Part shown: in pieces, positions 35,501 to 50,500 of the stretch
Layout: each line of letters starts with the position of its first letter
How positions within the stretch are numbered: position 1 is the first letter of the stretch
Origin: Phallusia mammillata
Lineage: Eukaryota
NCBI GenBank assembly: GCA_965637545.1
Contig: OZ281498.1
Coordinates: 26,474,001-26,538,000 of the forward strand
Reading direction: 5' to 3'
DNA length: 64,000 nucleotides
Program-made: the position numbers and the translations under genes
The notes under the pieces: model-generated
What the model was told of the DNA's origin: nothing
What the model saw: only the letters and a program-made list of their open reading frames with translations
Databases searched by the model: none

Positions 35501-38500
35501 ATTTACTAATGCATATAAGGTACAACATGTCAAGGGCGGACAAAATATACTTTTGCTGACCACATTTTACTAAGTGGCGATTTCAAACACAATACGTTTT
35601 TTTAGTTTACTTTCAATAAACTCTTTGACAAAACTGTGCTGTGGCGATGTATTTGCAGAATTGCAGAAACGTTAGGATTATTCCGTGTTTTATTTAAAAA
35701 CAAACGCTTTTGCAGTGATACGGTGCAGGAGTTTCAGAGTGGCCGAAGGTCGTCTGATTCCACAACAAAATTCCTACGCTACTGGTTCAACGGTTTCTAT
35801 CGAGTGCAATGAGGGCTTCAGACTAAATGGGACGAATTCCCGAAGCTGCTCTCAGAGTGGTGATTGGGTTGGAAAAATACCGATATGTACAGGTATGTTA
35901 GAATTTGTTAACAGAATAATGAACATCAATGTGGGCTGGGTTTTTAAGAAGAAACTTAATCCGATTATGTTCTTATTTTAAGGAAACAAACGACATTTAA
36001 TTTTGAGTGTTGAAATGTGTGTAACTGACCCTTGTAAAGTGGTTAAACAAAACACACTTAATTCTCTTCATATGACTCGAATAGACACACACATTCACAA
36101 ACAAATTACTTGAACCGTCTTTGCAGACCCGAAGTGTCCAGATTTTCCGCGCTGGATTGACAATGGCGAGGTTAGGATCACGTTTCCTCTTGAAAGTCAA
36201 GGACATCACCTCCCTGGGGCTAGAGTCAGTTACACATGCCGAGATGGTTACAAGATTAACAGCACAAGTTATCAAACTTCGGTCATATATACCTGTCTTA
36301 CAACCAAACGATGGGATACCAACCCAAGTACCGTCTCATGTGTTAGTAAGTCAGTTAATAAACAGAATATGTTGTCCTCAAACGACGGAATTTAATTGCC
36401 TGTCAGGTTATTTGATGTCTTCCGCGTTTTTGCAGAAAAACTTGTCCACCATTGAGAAGAATCATCAACGGACAAATGAATCCTGTATTTCAAAAGGGGT
36501 TGCGCCACCCAGTGGGCACAGTTGTTTCGTTTACATGTTCATCTGGCTACAGGTTGACGAAAACAAGACCACTGCGTTGTCGGGATTCCGAAAGTTGGTC
36601 TAGAACCCAACCAAAGTGTCGAGGTAATATGTTGATCATGTTCAGTCTCGAATTATCTTGTGTGATCTGTGATCAGTTCAGATGGGCACAAAATTGTTGT
36701 TGCCCTGAGATTTTTTTAGTTGTATATACTTACTTGGCATGTCGAAAAGTAATCGATTTATTATCTGTAACATAATAATAGAGTGTTCCGGTTTTCTTCA
36801 AAAAATTTTTACAATGACAGCGTTAAACGGTATTGGTTTTGGATTACAGAAACTCTTACAGATATTCACAACTCCTGCATCAAATAAAAATTACTAATGC
36901 ATAAAAGGTACAACAAGTCAAGGAGGACAAAATTTATTTCTGCGAACACATTTTACTAAGTGGCGATTTCAAACACAATATGTTTTTTAGTTAACTTTCA
37001 ATAAACTCTTTGACAAAACTCCGCTGTGGTGATATATTTGCCGAATTACAAAAACATTAAGATTATTCCGTGTTTAATTTTTGAAAAACAAAACGCTTTT
37101 GCAGTGATGCGGTGCAGGAGTTTCAAAGTGGCCGAAGGTCGTCTGATTCCACAACAAAATGCCTACGTCAGTGGTTCAACTGTTTCTATCGAGTGCAATG
37201 AGGGCTTCACACTAAATGGGGTGAATTCCCGACGCTGCTCTCAGAGTGGTGATTGGGTTGGAGAAACACCGAAGTGTACAGGTATGTTAAAATTTGTTAA
37301 CAGATTAATGAACATCAACGTGGGCTGGGTTTTTAAAAAGAAACTTAATCCGTTTATGTTCTTGTTTTCCTACGACTCATATATTTTAAGCAAACAAACG
37401 AAATATCGAGTGTTGAAATGTCCGGAACTGAAAAGATAAGGGCAGTGAAGCCTTTCTTCTGTTTCTGTGTAATTTTATTTCCAAGCTTAGTTCCGAAGTG
37501 TGCTGGAGTCACTTCTCCTCCCCTTTTCCTAATATATGTTTTTTTATTTATTTTCGAGACAGTTTTACGATGCAATGAACCAGTTGCTCCTGATCATGGT
37601 TCCGTCAACTCTCAGGGAATGGATTTCATCTACAGATCTCGTGTTGAGTTCAACTGCAATCATGGTTATGAGAACATTGGAAGCAATTCAACAGTTTGCA
37701 ACGAAAACGCTACTTGGGAAGGAGCTGCGAATTGCATCGGTGAGCAAAAATACTTAAATTTATAAAAGCTTTGAGATGGCTGCTACGAGATTATAATAAA
37801 ACTTGCGAGGTACATTTCACTACCGTATGCTAATGTCGTCCTGCCTATTGAAATGGTTGATATGGTGTATCGCCATACACTAAAATTTGCCTCTCGTTTT
37901 CGCACTTGCTCTTGCAAGCAATCCACATTCACACACGACGAAATGTAGCAGTTGTTCATTTCGAATCAAAAACGAATTGCTTTACCACATGTGGTGTAAG
38001 CAACTTTTGCAAAGATAAACAAATTACCTTTGTCAAATGTTTTCAACAAACCGTATTTTTAAAGTCAATCTGGAATGCGATTTTGAAACCTACCGAACAC
38101 CAACATGTGGATTTACAAACCTACATAATGGTTGGACACGAACCCAAGTTCAACACAACAGACTTGGTCGACAAGGTACTTAGTTTGTGATTTTTGTACA
38201 TTACAGTTACATTCAAAGTGGAGTGTGAAAAACGCCCATCAAGCTATTTTTAACTAGTATTATTATTTCAACTTTTATCTATAAATTATCTATTCAGAAA
38301 AAGACATTTTATAGTTTTTAAATGCGACCCTTGTAAAGTGGCTACGAATGCTTTTCGCCACTTGACAGAGTTCAAAAGCTAAACTTTTATCGCAGGATAC
38401 ATTGCAGTGGCCCGAGCGTACCGAGATTTTCATCCCACTCTCACATCACCACCAGTGCCTAGAAACAATGACAAATGTTTCAAGTTCTTTTACAAGCTCG

Positions 38501-41500
38501 AAATTGCTGGTGCAGCGATGAACGTGAAGATTGGGGACCAGATAAAGTAACCTTTTGCAGTTTTGTCAACATTTTACAAGTGATATTTACTTTGATGACT
38601 GCAATGATTGGGACTATAAATGGGCCAAATGCCATGTTCAAGTGCTTGTCCTGCAACTCAATTCCACAATTTATTTGTGTGTTGCAGAAGGGAGTATCGA
38701 ACTCGACGTGCTGGATGGCAAGCTGAAGAACTAAACGTGTCACAAAGTGATACGGAAGCTACCGTGGCGTTTGTGGCAGCTTCTGGCACTGTGCATTTGG
38801 ATGACATAACTGTGCTAAATGAATCGTGTAGTAAGTAAATTAAGCTCTAGGCTCTTGGAAGCCCATTTACTAACCTCAGATAACTACAACAAATCAGTAG
38901 CGTCTGAATGGGGAGAGCTCTATAACAACCAGTGATGGATTAAGCACTAAGTAAACAAATCATTTACTTATGGTCAAACCACCAATGTCCACAGATTTGT
39001 ACACTTTATATTCAAGTGCTATTGTAGGTTACTAACTGCTCCACTGATTTTGCACGTTCCTACTATTTTGTTACACTGTCTACGAATCTGTTCAAAGTTT
39101 AACGATGAATATAATGGTCCAAATAGATGTAAAAAGCGACATGCTAAATTATTCAATTGTTTTGGCATTGTCTTATTCTTGCGTATTGTATTTTTTACGA
39201 GATTAGTTATGTCACATCAATTTAGTCTTTGTTACACGAATCACATGATTTATACATAAAACTCCTTGCAGATGTATGTTGGTAAAAACCATTTGGTCGA
39301 TGTTAAGAGATGGTATTTGACTTATAAATACCACGCTTTTCTGTTAATTTTTTATTTATTTTTTCTTATACATTTTACAGTCATTTGTACATTTCATGCA
39401 ACGCGTGTGTTTTAGGTGACGAGTGTCAAGTGAGGCCGTGTTTAAACGGTGGGATCTGTCGTGATGAAGTTGACAGCTATACGTGTTTTTGCCGCCATGA
39501 TTTTACTGGACGCACTTGTTCTACAGGTACAGAAAATCATTGATTATAAAAGTAAATGTTTACCAAATGTATGTTATTGCACGTTTACGTGAATTTAGCT
39601 ATGTTGCAGTGCTATTTTCTAGATGTTGGTTAAAAAAACGATTATATTTCTTCGCTACGTGTAAACAAAATAGACGCTATGTGTTTTCCGACGCCAACCG
39701 GTTGTAAGGAAAAAAATCACCTTGCATCGCAAAATTTTATGTTTCTCAACTCACGGCGACAAAAAAACTTTTGAGTTTTTTGATGAATCTCTAATCTAAT
39801 GTATAAATCTGCAATGCATTCTAAAATGGTTTGTTGACAAGAACAACAGGTGCTGAAACAAGTTGAGAATCATTTCATTTAAACAAAACACATTTAAGTA
39901 TCTGTATATGACTCCTTCGAATAGACACACACTTTCACAAACAAATTACTTAAACCGTCTTTGCAGACCTGAAGTGTCCAGATTTTCCGCGCTGGATTGA
40001 CAATGGCGAGGTTAGGATCACGTATCCTCTTGAAAGTCATGGACATCACCTCCCTGGGGCTAGAGTCAGTTACGCATGCCAAGATGGTTACAAGATTAAC
40101 AACACAAGTTATCAAACTTCGGTCATATATACCTGTCTTACAACCAAACGATGGGATGCCAACCCAAGTACCGTCTCATGTGTTAGTAAGTCAGTAAATA
40201 AACAGAATATGTTGTCCGCAAAAGACAAAAATTAATTGCCTGTCAGGTCATTGGATGTGCTACACGTTTTTGCAGAAAAAACTTGTCCACCATTGAGAAG
40301 AATCATCAACGGACAAATGAATCCTGTATTTCAAGAGGGGTTGCGCCACCCAGTGGGCACAGTTGTTTCCTTCACATGTTCATCTGGCTACAGGTTGACG
40401 AAAACAAGACCACTTCGTTGTCGGGATTCCGAAAGTTGGTCTGGAACCCAACCAAAGTGTCGAGGTAATATGTTGTAATCATGTTAATTTTCGAATTATC
40501 ATGTGTGATCTGTGATCAGTTCAGATGGGCACAAAATTATTGTTGCCCTGAGATTTTTTTAGTTGTATATACTTAAGTAATAGATTTATTGTCGGTAACG
40601 TAATAATAGAGCGTTCCTGTTTTTCTTCAAATTAAATTCACAATGACAACGTTAAACGGTATTCGTTTTGGATTACAGAAACTCTTACAGATATTCACAA
40701 CACAAATTCAGTTTATTCGTATTTTCAATATAAAAAATACATAATTAATAAACATAAACATAAACAGCAAACAAGTCAATTGAAAGTTAAACTGAACATC
40801 AGCCGAACAAATCAACTACTGAACACTAACACTAGGTCAAGGTCTAAGCTGCAACACCTTGGCAAACAGTCACATAACAAAACACTGATGCATAAATAAT
40901 TTAACTCCTGCATCAAATAAAAATTACTAATGCATATAAGGCACAACAAGTCAAAGGGCGGACAAAATTTATTTCTGCAGACCACATTTCACTAAGTGGC
41001 GATTTCAAACACAATACGTTTTTTAGTTTACTTTCAATAAACTCTTTGACAAAACTGCGCTGTGGTGATATATTTGCCGAATTACAAAAACGTTAGGATT
41101 ATTCCGTGTTTTATTTAAAAACAAACGCTTTTGCAGTGATACGGTGCAGGAGTTTCAGAGTGGCCGAAGGTCGTCTGGTTCCACAACAAAATTCCTATGC
41201 TACTGGTTCAACGGTTTCTATCGAGTGCAATGAGGGCTTCACATTAAATGGGACGAATTCCCGAAGCTGCTCTCAGAGTGGTGATTGGGTTGGAGAAATA
41301 CCGAGGTGTACAGGTATGTTAGAATTTGTTAACAGATTAATGAACATCAATGTGGGCTGGGTTTTTAGTAAGAAACTTAATCTAAATATGTTCTTGTTTT
41401 CCTACGACTCATATATTTTAAGCAAACAAACGAAATATCGAGTGTTGAAATGTCCGGAACTGAAAAGATAAGGGCAGTGAAGCCTTTCTTGTGTTTCTGT

Positions 41501-44500
41501 GTAATTTTATTTCCAAGCTTAGTTCCGAAGTTTGCTGAAATCACTTCTCCTCCCCTTTTCCTAATATATGTTTTTTTATTTATTTTCGAGACAGTTTTAC
41601 GATGCAATGAACCAGTTGCTCCTGATCATGGCTCCGTCAACCCTCAGGGAATGAATTTCATCTACAGATCTCGTGTTGAGTTCAACTGCAATCATGGTTA
41701 TGAGAACATCGGAAGCAATTCAGCAATTTGCAACGAAAACGCTACTTGGGAAGGAGCTGCGAATTGCATCGGTGAGCAAAATTTCCTAAATAATTTTAAA
41801 AAGCTTGTGGCTACGAGATTATAATAAAACTTGTGAGGTACAGTTTACTTGCGTTTGCTAATGTAGTCCTGCCTGCCTATTAGAATGGTTTATATGGTGT
41901 ACATCAGTCAACTAAAATTTGCTCCCGGTTTCGCACTGCATACGCACAATAGTTGTTACGCCCAAACGTTTAGACCAGGGGCGGCCCACGGCTGCATTTC
42001 TCGTATGGCCCACAGCTGTTGTTTCAAATTGTGTTGCGTAAGGCCAGCCATAGTTTAGAATTAGTTTTCTGGTTGTGGCGACTTGTCTCAACGCAAAAGA
42101 TTTTTGTAAAACTTTATTTAGCTGTAAAAAGAAAGCAAACATGCTGCCGATACAATAAAATCCTTTAATTTCCGAAAAAATCAATATATTAGTGTTCTAA
42201 TTCTACGGTTAAAAACTTCGCAAAAACAACGTTGGCCAGCGGGCGTCTTTACCTGGCAAAAATTGCACCCCGTTTAAAGAAGTTTGGGCACCCATGGGTT
42301 AGGCCTTTTAGCCACACCTGAACATTCTGTATAATCAACAAATATTATTGAATTTCGAGTGTAGACAAAAATACATCTCATGTTTGTTTACCAACAAGCT
42401 TATCACCGTGGTAAAAAAGCTTCTCACAAATCAGTTTAATTGCGAGATCAATTTTGTTGGCCTGAACTGTACAAAACGAAATAACCACAAACTGACATAC
42501 TCTTGCAAGCAATCCATATTCACACACCACGAAATGTAGCAGTTGTTCATTTCAAATGAAAAACGAATTGCTTTAACACATGTGATGTAAGCAACTTTTG
42601 CAAAGATAAACAAATTACCTTTGTCAAATGTTTTCAACAAACCGTATTTTTAAAGTTAACCTGGAATGCGATTTTGAAACCTACCGAACACCAACATGTG
42701 GATTTACAAACCTACGCAATGGTTGGACACGAACCCAAGTTCAACACAACAGACTTGGTCGACAAGGTACTGATTTTGTGATTTTTGTACATTACAGTTA
42801 CATTCAAAGTGGTGTGTAAAAAACAGCCACCAAGCTATTTTTAACTAGTATTATTATTTCAATTGTTATCTATAAATTATCTATTCAGAAAAATACATTT
42901 TATAGTTTTCAAATGCGACCCTTGTAAAGTGGTTATGAATGCTTTTTCGCCACTTGACAGAGTTCAAAAGCTAAACTTTTATCGCAGGATACATTGCAGT
43001 GGCCCGAGCGTACCAAGATTTTCACCCCACTCTCACATCACCACCAGTGCCTAGAAACAATAACAAATGTTTCAAGTTCTTTTACAAGCTTGAAATTGCT
43101 GGTGCAGCGATGAACGTGAAGATTGGTGACCAGATAAAGTAGCCTTTTGCAGTTTTGTCAACATTTTACAAGTGATATTTACTTTGATGACTGCAATGAT
43201 TGGGACTGTAAACGGGCCAAGAGCCATGTTCAAGTGCTTGTCCTGCAACTCAATTCCACTATTTATTTGTGTGTTGCAGAAGGGAGTATCGAACTCGACG
43301 TGCTGGATGGCAAGCTGAAGAATTAAACGTGTCACAAAGTGATACGGAAGCTACCGTGGCGTTTGTGGCAGCTTCTGGCACTGTGCATTTGGATGATATA
43401 ACTGTGCTATATGAATCGTGTAGTAAGTAAATTAAGCTCTAGGCTCTTGGAAGCCCATTTACTGACCTCAGATAAGTACAACAAATCAGTAGCAACAGAA
43501 TAGGGAGAGCTCTATAACAACCAGTGATGGATTAAGCACTAAGTAAACAAATCATTTACTTATGGTCAAACCACCAATGTCGACAGATTTGTACACTTTA
43601 TATTCAAGTGCTATTGTAGGTTACTAACTGCTCCACTGATTTTGCACGTTCCTACTATTTTGTTACACTGTCTACGAATCTGTTCAAAGTTTAACGATGA
43701 ATATAATGGTCCAAATAGACGTAAAAAGCGACATGCTTAATTATTTAATTGTTTTGGCATTGTCTTATTCTTGCGTATTGTATTTTTTACGAGATTAGTT
43801 ATGTCACATCAATTTAGTCTTTGTTACACGAATCCCATGATGATTTATACATAAAACTCCTTGCAGATTTATGCTGGTAAAAACCATTTGGTCGATGTTA
43901 AGAGATGGTATTTGACTTATAAATACCACGCTTTTCTGTTAATTTTTTATTTATTTTTTCTTATACATTTTACAGTCATTTGTACATTTCATGCAACGCG
44001 TGTGTTATAGGTGACGAGTGTCAAGTGAGGCCGTGTTTAAACGATGGGATCTGTCGTGATGAAGTTGAAAGCTATACGTGTTTTTGCCGCCATGATTTTA
44101 CTGGACGCACTTGTTCTACAGGTACAGAAAATCATTGATTATAAAAGTAAATGTTTACCAAATGTATGTTATTGCATGTTTACGTGAATTTAGCTATGTT
44201 GCAGTGCTATTTTCTAGATGTTGGTTAAAAAAACGATTATATTTCTTCGCTACGTGTAAACAAAATAGACGCTATGTGTTTTCCGACGCCAACCGGTTGT
44301 AAGGAAAAAAATCACCTTGCATCGCAAAATTTTATGTTTCTCAACTCACGGCGACAAAAAAACTTTTGAGTTTTTTGATGAATCTCTAATCTAATGTATA
44401 AATCTGCAATGCATTCTAAAATGGTTTGTTGACAAGAACAACAGGTGCTGAAACAAGTTGAGAATCATTTCATTTAAACAAAACACATTTAAGTATCTGT

Positions 44501-47500
44501 ATATGACTCCTTCGAATAGACACACACTTTCACAAACAAATTACTTAAACCGTCTTTGCAGACCTGAAGTGTCCAGATTTTCCGCGCTGGATTGACAATG
44601 GCGAGGTTAGGATCACGTATCCTCTTGAAAGTCATGGACATCACCTCCCTGGGGCTAGAGTCAGTTACGCATGCCAAGATGGTTACAAGATTAACAACAC
44701 AAGTTATCAAACTTCGGTCATATATACCTGTCTTACAACCAAACGATGGGATGCCAACCCAAGTACCGTCTCATGTGTTAGTAAGTCAGTAAATAAACAG
44801 AATATGTTGTCCGCAAAAGACAAAAATTAATTGCCTGTCAGGTCATTGGATGTGCTACACGTTTTTGCAGAAAAAACTTGTCCACCATTGAGAAGAATCA
44901 TCAACGGACAAATGAATCCTGTATTTCAAGAGGGGTTGCGCCACCCAGTGGGCACAGTTGTTTCCTTCACATGTTCATCTGGCTACAGGTTGACGAAAAC
45001 AAGACCACTTCGTTGTCGGGATTCCGAAAGTTGGTCTGGAACCCAACCAAAGTGTCGAGGTAATATGTTGTAATCATGTTAATTTTCGAATTATCATGTG
45101 TGATCTGTGATCAGTTCAGATGGGCACAAAATTATTGTTGCCCTGAGATTTTTTTAGTTGTATATACTTAAGTAATAGATTTATTGTCGGTAACGTAATA
45201 ATAGAGCGTTCCTGTTTTTCTTCAAATTAAATTCACAATGACAACGTTAAACGGTATTCGTTTTGGATTACAGAAACTCTTACAGATATTCACAACACAA
45301 ATTCAGTTTATTCGTATTTTCAATATAAAAAATACATAATTAATAAACATAAACATAAACAGCAAACAAGTCAATTGAAAGTTAAACTGAACATCAGCCG
45401 AACAAATCAACTACTGAACACTAACACTAGGTCAAGGTCTAAGCTGCAACACCTTGGCAAACAGTCACATAACAAAACACTGATGCATAAATAATTTAAC
45501 TCCTGCATCAAATAAAAATTACTAATGCATATAAGGCACAACAAGTCAAAGGGCGGACAAAATGTATTTCTGCAGACCACATTTCACTAAGTGGCGATTT
45601 CAAACACAATACGTTTTTTAGTTTACTTTCAATAAACTCTTTGACAAAACTGCGCTGTGGTGATATATTTGCCGAATTACAAAAACGTTAGGATTATTCC
45701 GTGTTTTATTTAAAAACAAACGCTTTTGCAGTGATACGGTGCAGGAGTTTCAGAGTGGCCGAAGGTCGTCTGGTTCCACAACAAAATTCCTATGCTACTG
45801 GTTCAACGGTTTCTATCGAGTGCAATGAGGGCTTCACATTAAATGGGACGAATTCCCGAAGCTGCTCTCAGAGTGGTGATTGGGTTGGAGAAATACCGAG
45901 GTGTACAGGTATGTTAGAATTTGTTAACAGATTAATGAACATCAATGTGGGCTGGGTTTTTAGTAAGAAACTTAATCTAAATATGTTCTTGTTTTCCTAC
46001 GACTCATATATTTTAAGCAAACAAACGAAATATCGAGTGTTGAAATGTCCGGAACTGAAAAGATAAGGGCAGTGAAGCCTTTCTTGTGTTTCTGTGTAAT
46101 TTTATTTCCAAGCTTAGTTCCGAAGTTTGCTGAAATCACTTCTCCTCCCCTTTTCCTAATATATGTTTTTTTATTTATTTTCGAGACAGTTTTACGATGC
46201 AATGAACCAGTTGCTCCTGATCATGGCTCCGTCAACCCTCAGGGAATGAATTTCATCTACAGATCTCGTGTTGAGTTCAACTGCAATCATGGTTATGAGA
46301 ACATCGGAAGCAATTCAGCAATTTGCAACGAAAACGCTACTTGGGAAGGAGCTGCGAATTGCATCGGTGAGCAAAATTTCCTAAATAATTTTAAAAAGCT
46401 TGTGGCTACGAGATTATAATAAAACTTGTGAGGTACAGTTTACTTGCGTTTGCTAATGTAGTCCTGCCTGCCTATTAGAATGGTTTATATGGTGTACATC
46501 AGTCAACTAAAATTTGCTCCCGGTTTCGCACTGCATACGCACAATAGTTGTTACGCCCAAACGTTTAGACCAGGGGCGGCCCACGGCTGCATTTCTCGTA
46601 TGGCCCACAGCTGTTGTTTCAAATTGTGTTGCGTAAGGCCAGCCATAGTTTAGAATTAGTTTTCTGGTTGTGGCGACTTGTCTCAACGCAAAAGATTTTT
46701 GTAAAACTTTATTTAGCTGTAAAAAGAAAGCAAACATGCTGCCGATACAATAAAATCCTTTAATTTCCGAAAAAATCAATATATTAGTGTTCTAATTCTA
46801 CGGTTAAAAACTTCGCAAAAACAACGTTGGCCAGCGGGCGTCTTTACCTGGCAAAAATTGCACCCCGTTTAAAGAAGTTTGGGCACCCATGGGTTAGGCC
46901 TTTTAGCCACACCTGAACATTCTGTATAATCAACAAATATTATTGAATTTCGAGTGTAGACAAAAATACATCTCATGTTTGTTTACCAACAAGCTTATCA
47001 CCGTGGTAAAAAAGCTTCTCACAAATCAGTTTAATTGCGAGATCAATTTTGTTGGCCTGAACTGTACAAAACGAAATAACCACAAACTGACGTACTCTTG
47101 CAAGCAATCCATATTCACACACCACGAAATGTAGCAGTTGTTCATTTCAAATGAAAAACGAATTGCTTTAACACATGTGATGTAAGCAACTTTTGCAAAG
47201 ATAAACAAATTACCTTTGTCAAATGTTTTCAACAAACCGTATTTTTAAAGTCAACCTGGAATGCGATTTTGAAACCTACCGAACACCAACATGTGGATTT
47301 ACAAACCTACGCAATGGTTGGACACGAACCCAAGTTCAACACAACAGACTTGGTCGACAAGGTACTGATTTTGTGATTTTTGTACATTACAGTTACATTC
47401 AAAGTGGTGTGTAAAAAACAGCCACCAAGCTATTTTTAACTAGTATTATTATTTCAATTGTTATCTATAAATTATCTATTCAGAAAAATACATTTTATAG

Positions 47501-50500
47501 TTTTCAAATGCGACCCTTGTAAAGTGGTTATGAATGCTTTTTCGCCACTTGACAGAGTTCAAAAGCTAAACTTTTATCGCAGGATACATTGCAGTGGCCC
47601 GAGCGTACCAAGATTTTCACCCCACTCTCACATCACCACCAGTGCCTAGAAACAATAACAAATGTTTCAAGTTCTTTTACAAGCTTGAAATTGCTGGTGC
47701 AGCGATGAACGTGAAGATTGGTGACCAGATAAAGTAGCCTTTTGCAGTTTTGTCAACATTTTACAAGTGATATTTACTTTGATGACTGCAATGATTGGGA
47801 CTGTAAACGGGCCAAGAGCCATGTTCAAGTGCTTGTCCTGCAACTCAATTCCACTATTTATTTGTGTGTTGCAGAAGGGAGTATCGAACTCGACGTGCTG
47901 GATGGCAAGCTGAAGAATTAAACGTGTCACAAAGTGATACGGAAGCTACCGTGGCGTTTGTGGCAGCTTCTGGCACTGTGCATTTGGATGATATAACTGT
48001 GCTATATGAATCGTGTAGTAAGTAAATTAAGCTCTAGGCTCTTGGAAGCCCATTTACTGACCTCAGATAAGTACAACAAATCAGTAGCAACAGAATAGGG
48101 AGAGCTCTATAACAACCAGTGATGGATTAAGCACTAAGTAAACAAATCATTTACTTATGGTCAAACCACCAATGTCGACAGATTTGTACACTTTATATTC
48201 AAGTGCTATTGTAGGTTACTAACTGCTCCACTGATTTTGCACGTTCCTACTATTTTGTTACACTGTCTACGAATCTGTTCAAAGTTTAACGATGAATATA
48301 ATGGTCCAAATAGACGTAAAAAGCGACATGCTTAATTATTTAATTGTTTTGGCATTGTCTTATTCTTGCGTATTGTATTTTTTACGAGATTAGTTATGTC
48401 ACATCAATTTAGTCTTTGTTACACGAATCACATGATGATTTATACATAAAACTCCTTGCAGATTTATGCTGGTAAAAACCATTTGGTCGATGTTAAGAGA
48501 TGGTATTTGACTTATAAATACCACGCTTTTCTGTTAATTTTTTATTTATTTTTTCTTATACATTTTACAGTCATTTGTACATTTCATGCAACGCGTGTGT
48601 TATAGGTGACGAGTGTCAAGTGAGGCCGTGTTTAAACGATGGGATCTGTCGTGATGAAGTTGAAAGCTATACGTGTTTTTGCCGCCATGATTTTACTGGA
48701 CGCACTTGTTCTACAGGTACAGAAAATCATTGATTATAAAAGTAAATGTTTACCAAATGTATGTTATTGCATGTTTACGTGAATTTAGCTATGTTGCAGT
48801 GCTATTTTCTAGATGTTGGTTAAAAAAACGATTATATTTCTTCGCTACGTGTAAACAAAATAGACGCTATGTGTTTTCCGACGCCAACCGGTTGTAAGGA
48901 AAAAAATCACCTTGCATCGCAAAATTTTATGTTTCTCAACTCACGGCGACAAAAAAACTTTTGAGTTTTTTGATGAATCTCTAATCTAATGTATAAATCT
49001 GCAATGCATTCTAAAATGGTTTGTTGACAAGAACAACAGGTGCTGAAACAAGTTGAGAATCATTTCATTTAAACAAAACACATTTAAGTATCTGTATATG
49101 ACTCCTTCGAATAGACACACACTTTCACAAACAAATTACTTAAACCGTCTTTGCAGACCTGAAGTGTCCAGATTTTCCGCGCTGGATTGACAATGGCGAG
49201 GTTAGGATCACGTATCCTCTTGAAAGTCATGGACATCACCTCCCTGGGGCTAGAGTCAGTTACGCATGCCAAGATGGTTACAAGATTAACAACACAAGTT
49301 ATCAAACTTCGGTCATATATACCTGTCTTACAACCAAACGATGGGATGCCAACCCAAGTACCGTCTCATGTGTTAGTAAGTCAGTAAATAAACAGAATAC
49401 GTTGTCCGCAAAACACAAAAATTAATTGCCTGTCAGGTCATTTGATGTCTTCCGCGTTTTTGCAGAAAAAACTTGTCCACCATTGAGAAGAATCATCAAC
49501 GGACAAATGAATCCTGTATTTCAAGAGGGGTTGCGCCACCCAGTGGGCACATCTGTTTCGTTTACATGTTCATCTGGCTACAGGTTGACGAAAACAAGAC
49601 CACTTCGTTGTCGGGATTCCGAAAGTTGGTCTAGAACCCAACCAAAGTGTCGAGGTAATATGTTGTAATCATGTTAATTTTCGAATTATCTTGTGTGATC
49701 TGTGATCAGTTCAGATGGGCACAAAATTATTGTTGCCCTGAGATTTTTTTAGTTGTATATACTTAAGTAATAGATTTATTGTCGGTAACGTAATAATAGA
49801 GCGTTCCTGTTTTTCTTCAAATTAAATTCACAATGACAACGTTAAACGGTATTCGTTTTGGATTACAGAAACTCTTACAGATATTCACAACACAAATTCA
49901 GTTTATTCGTATTTTCAATATAAAAAATACATAATTAATAAACATAAACATAAACAGCAAACAAGTCAATTGAAAGTTAAACTGAACATCAGCCGAACAA
50001 ATCAACTACTGAACACTAACACTAGGTCAAGGTCTAAGCTGCAACACCTTGGCAAACAGTCACATAACAAAACACTGATGCATAAATAATTTAACTCCTG
50101 CATCAAATAAAAATTACTAATGCATATAAGGCACAACAAGTCAAAGGGCGGACAAAATTTATTTCTGCAGACCACATTTCACTAAGTGGCGATTTCAAAC
50201 ACAATACGTTTTTTAGTTTACTTTCAATAAACTCTTTGACAAAACTGCGCTGTGGTGATATATTTGCCGAATTACAAAAACGTTAGGATTATTCCGTGTT
50301 TTATTTAAAAACAAACGCTTTTGCAGTGATACGGTGCAGGAGTTTCAGAGTGGCCGAAGGTCGTCTGGTTCCACAACAAAATTCCTATGCTACTGGTTCA
50401 ACGGTTTCTATCGAGTGCAATGAGGGCTTCACATTAAATGGGACGAATTCCCGAAGCTGCTCTCAGAGTGGTGATTGGGTTGGAGAAATACCGAGGTGTA

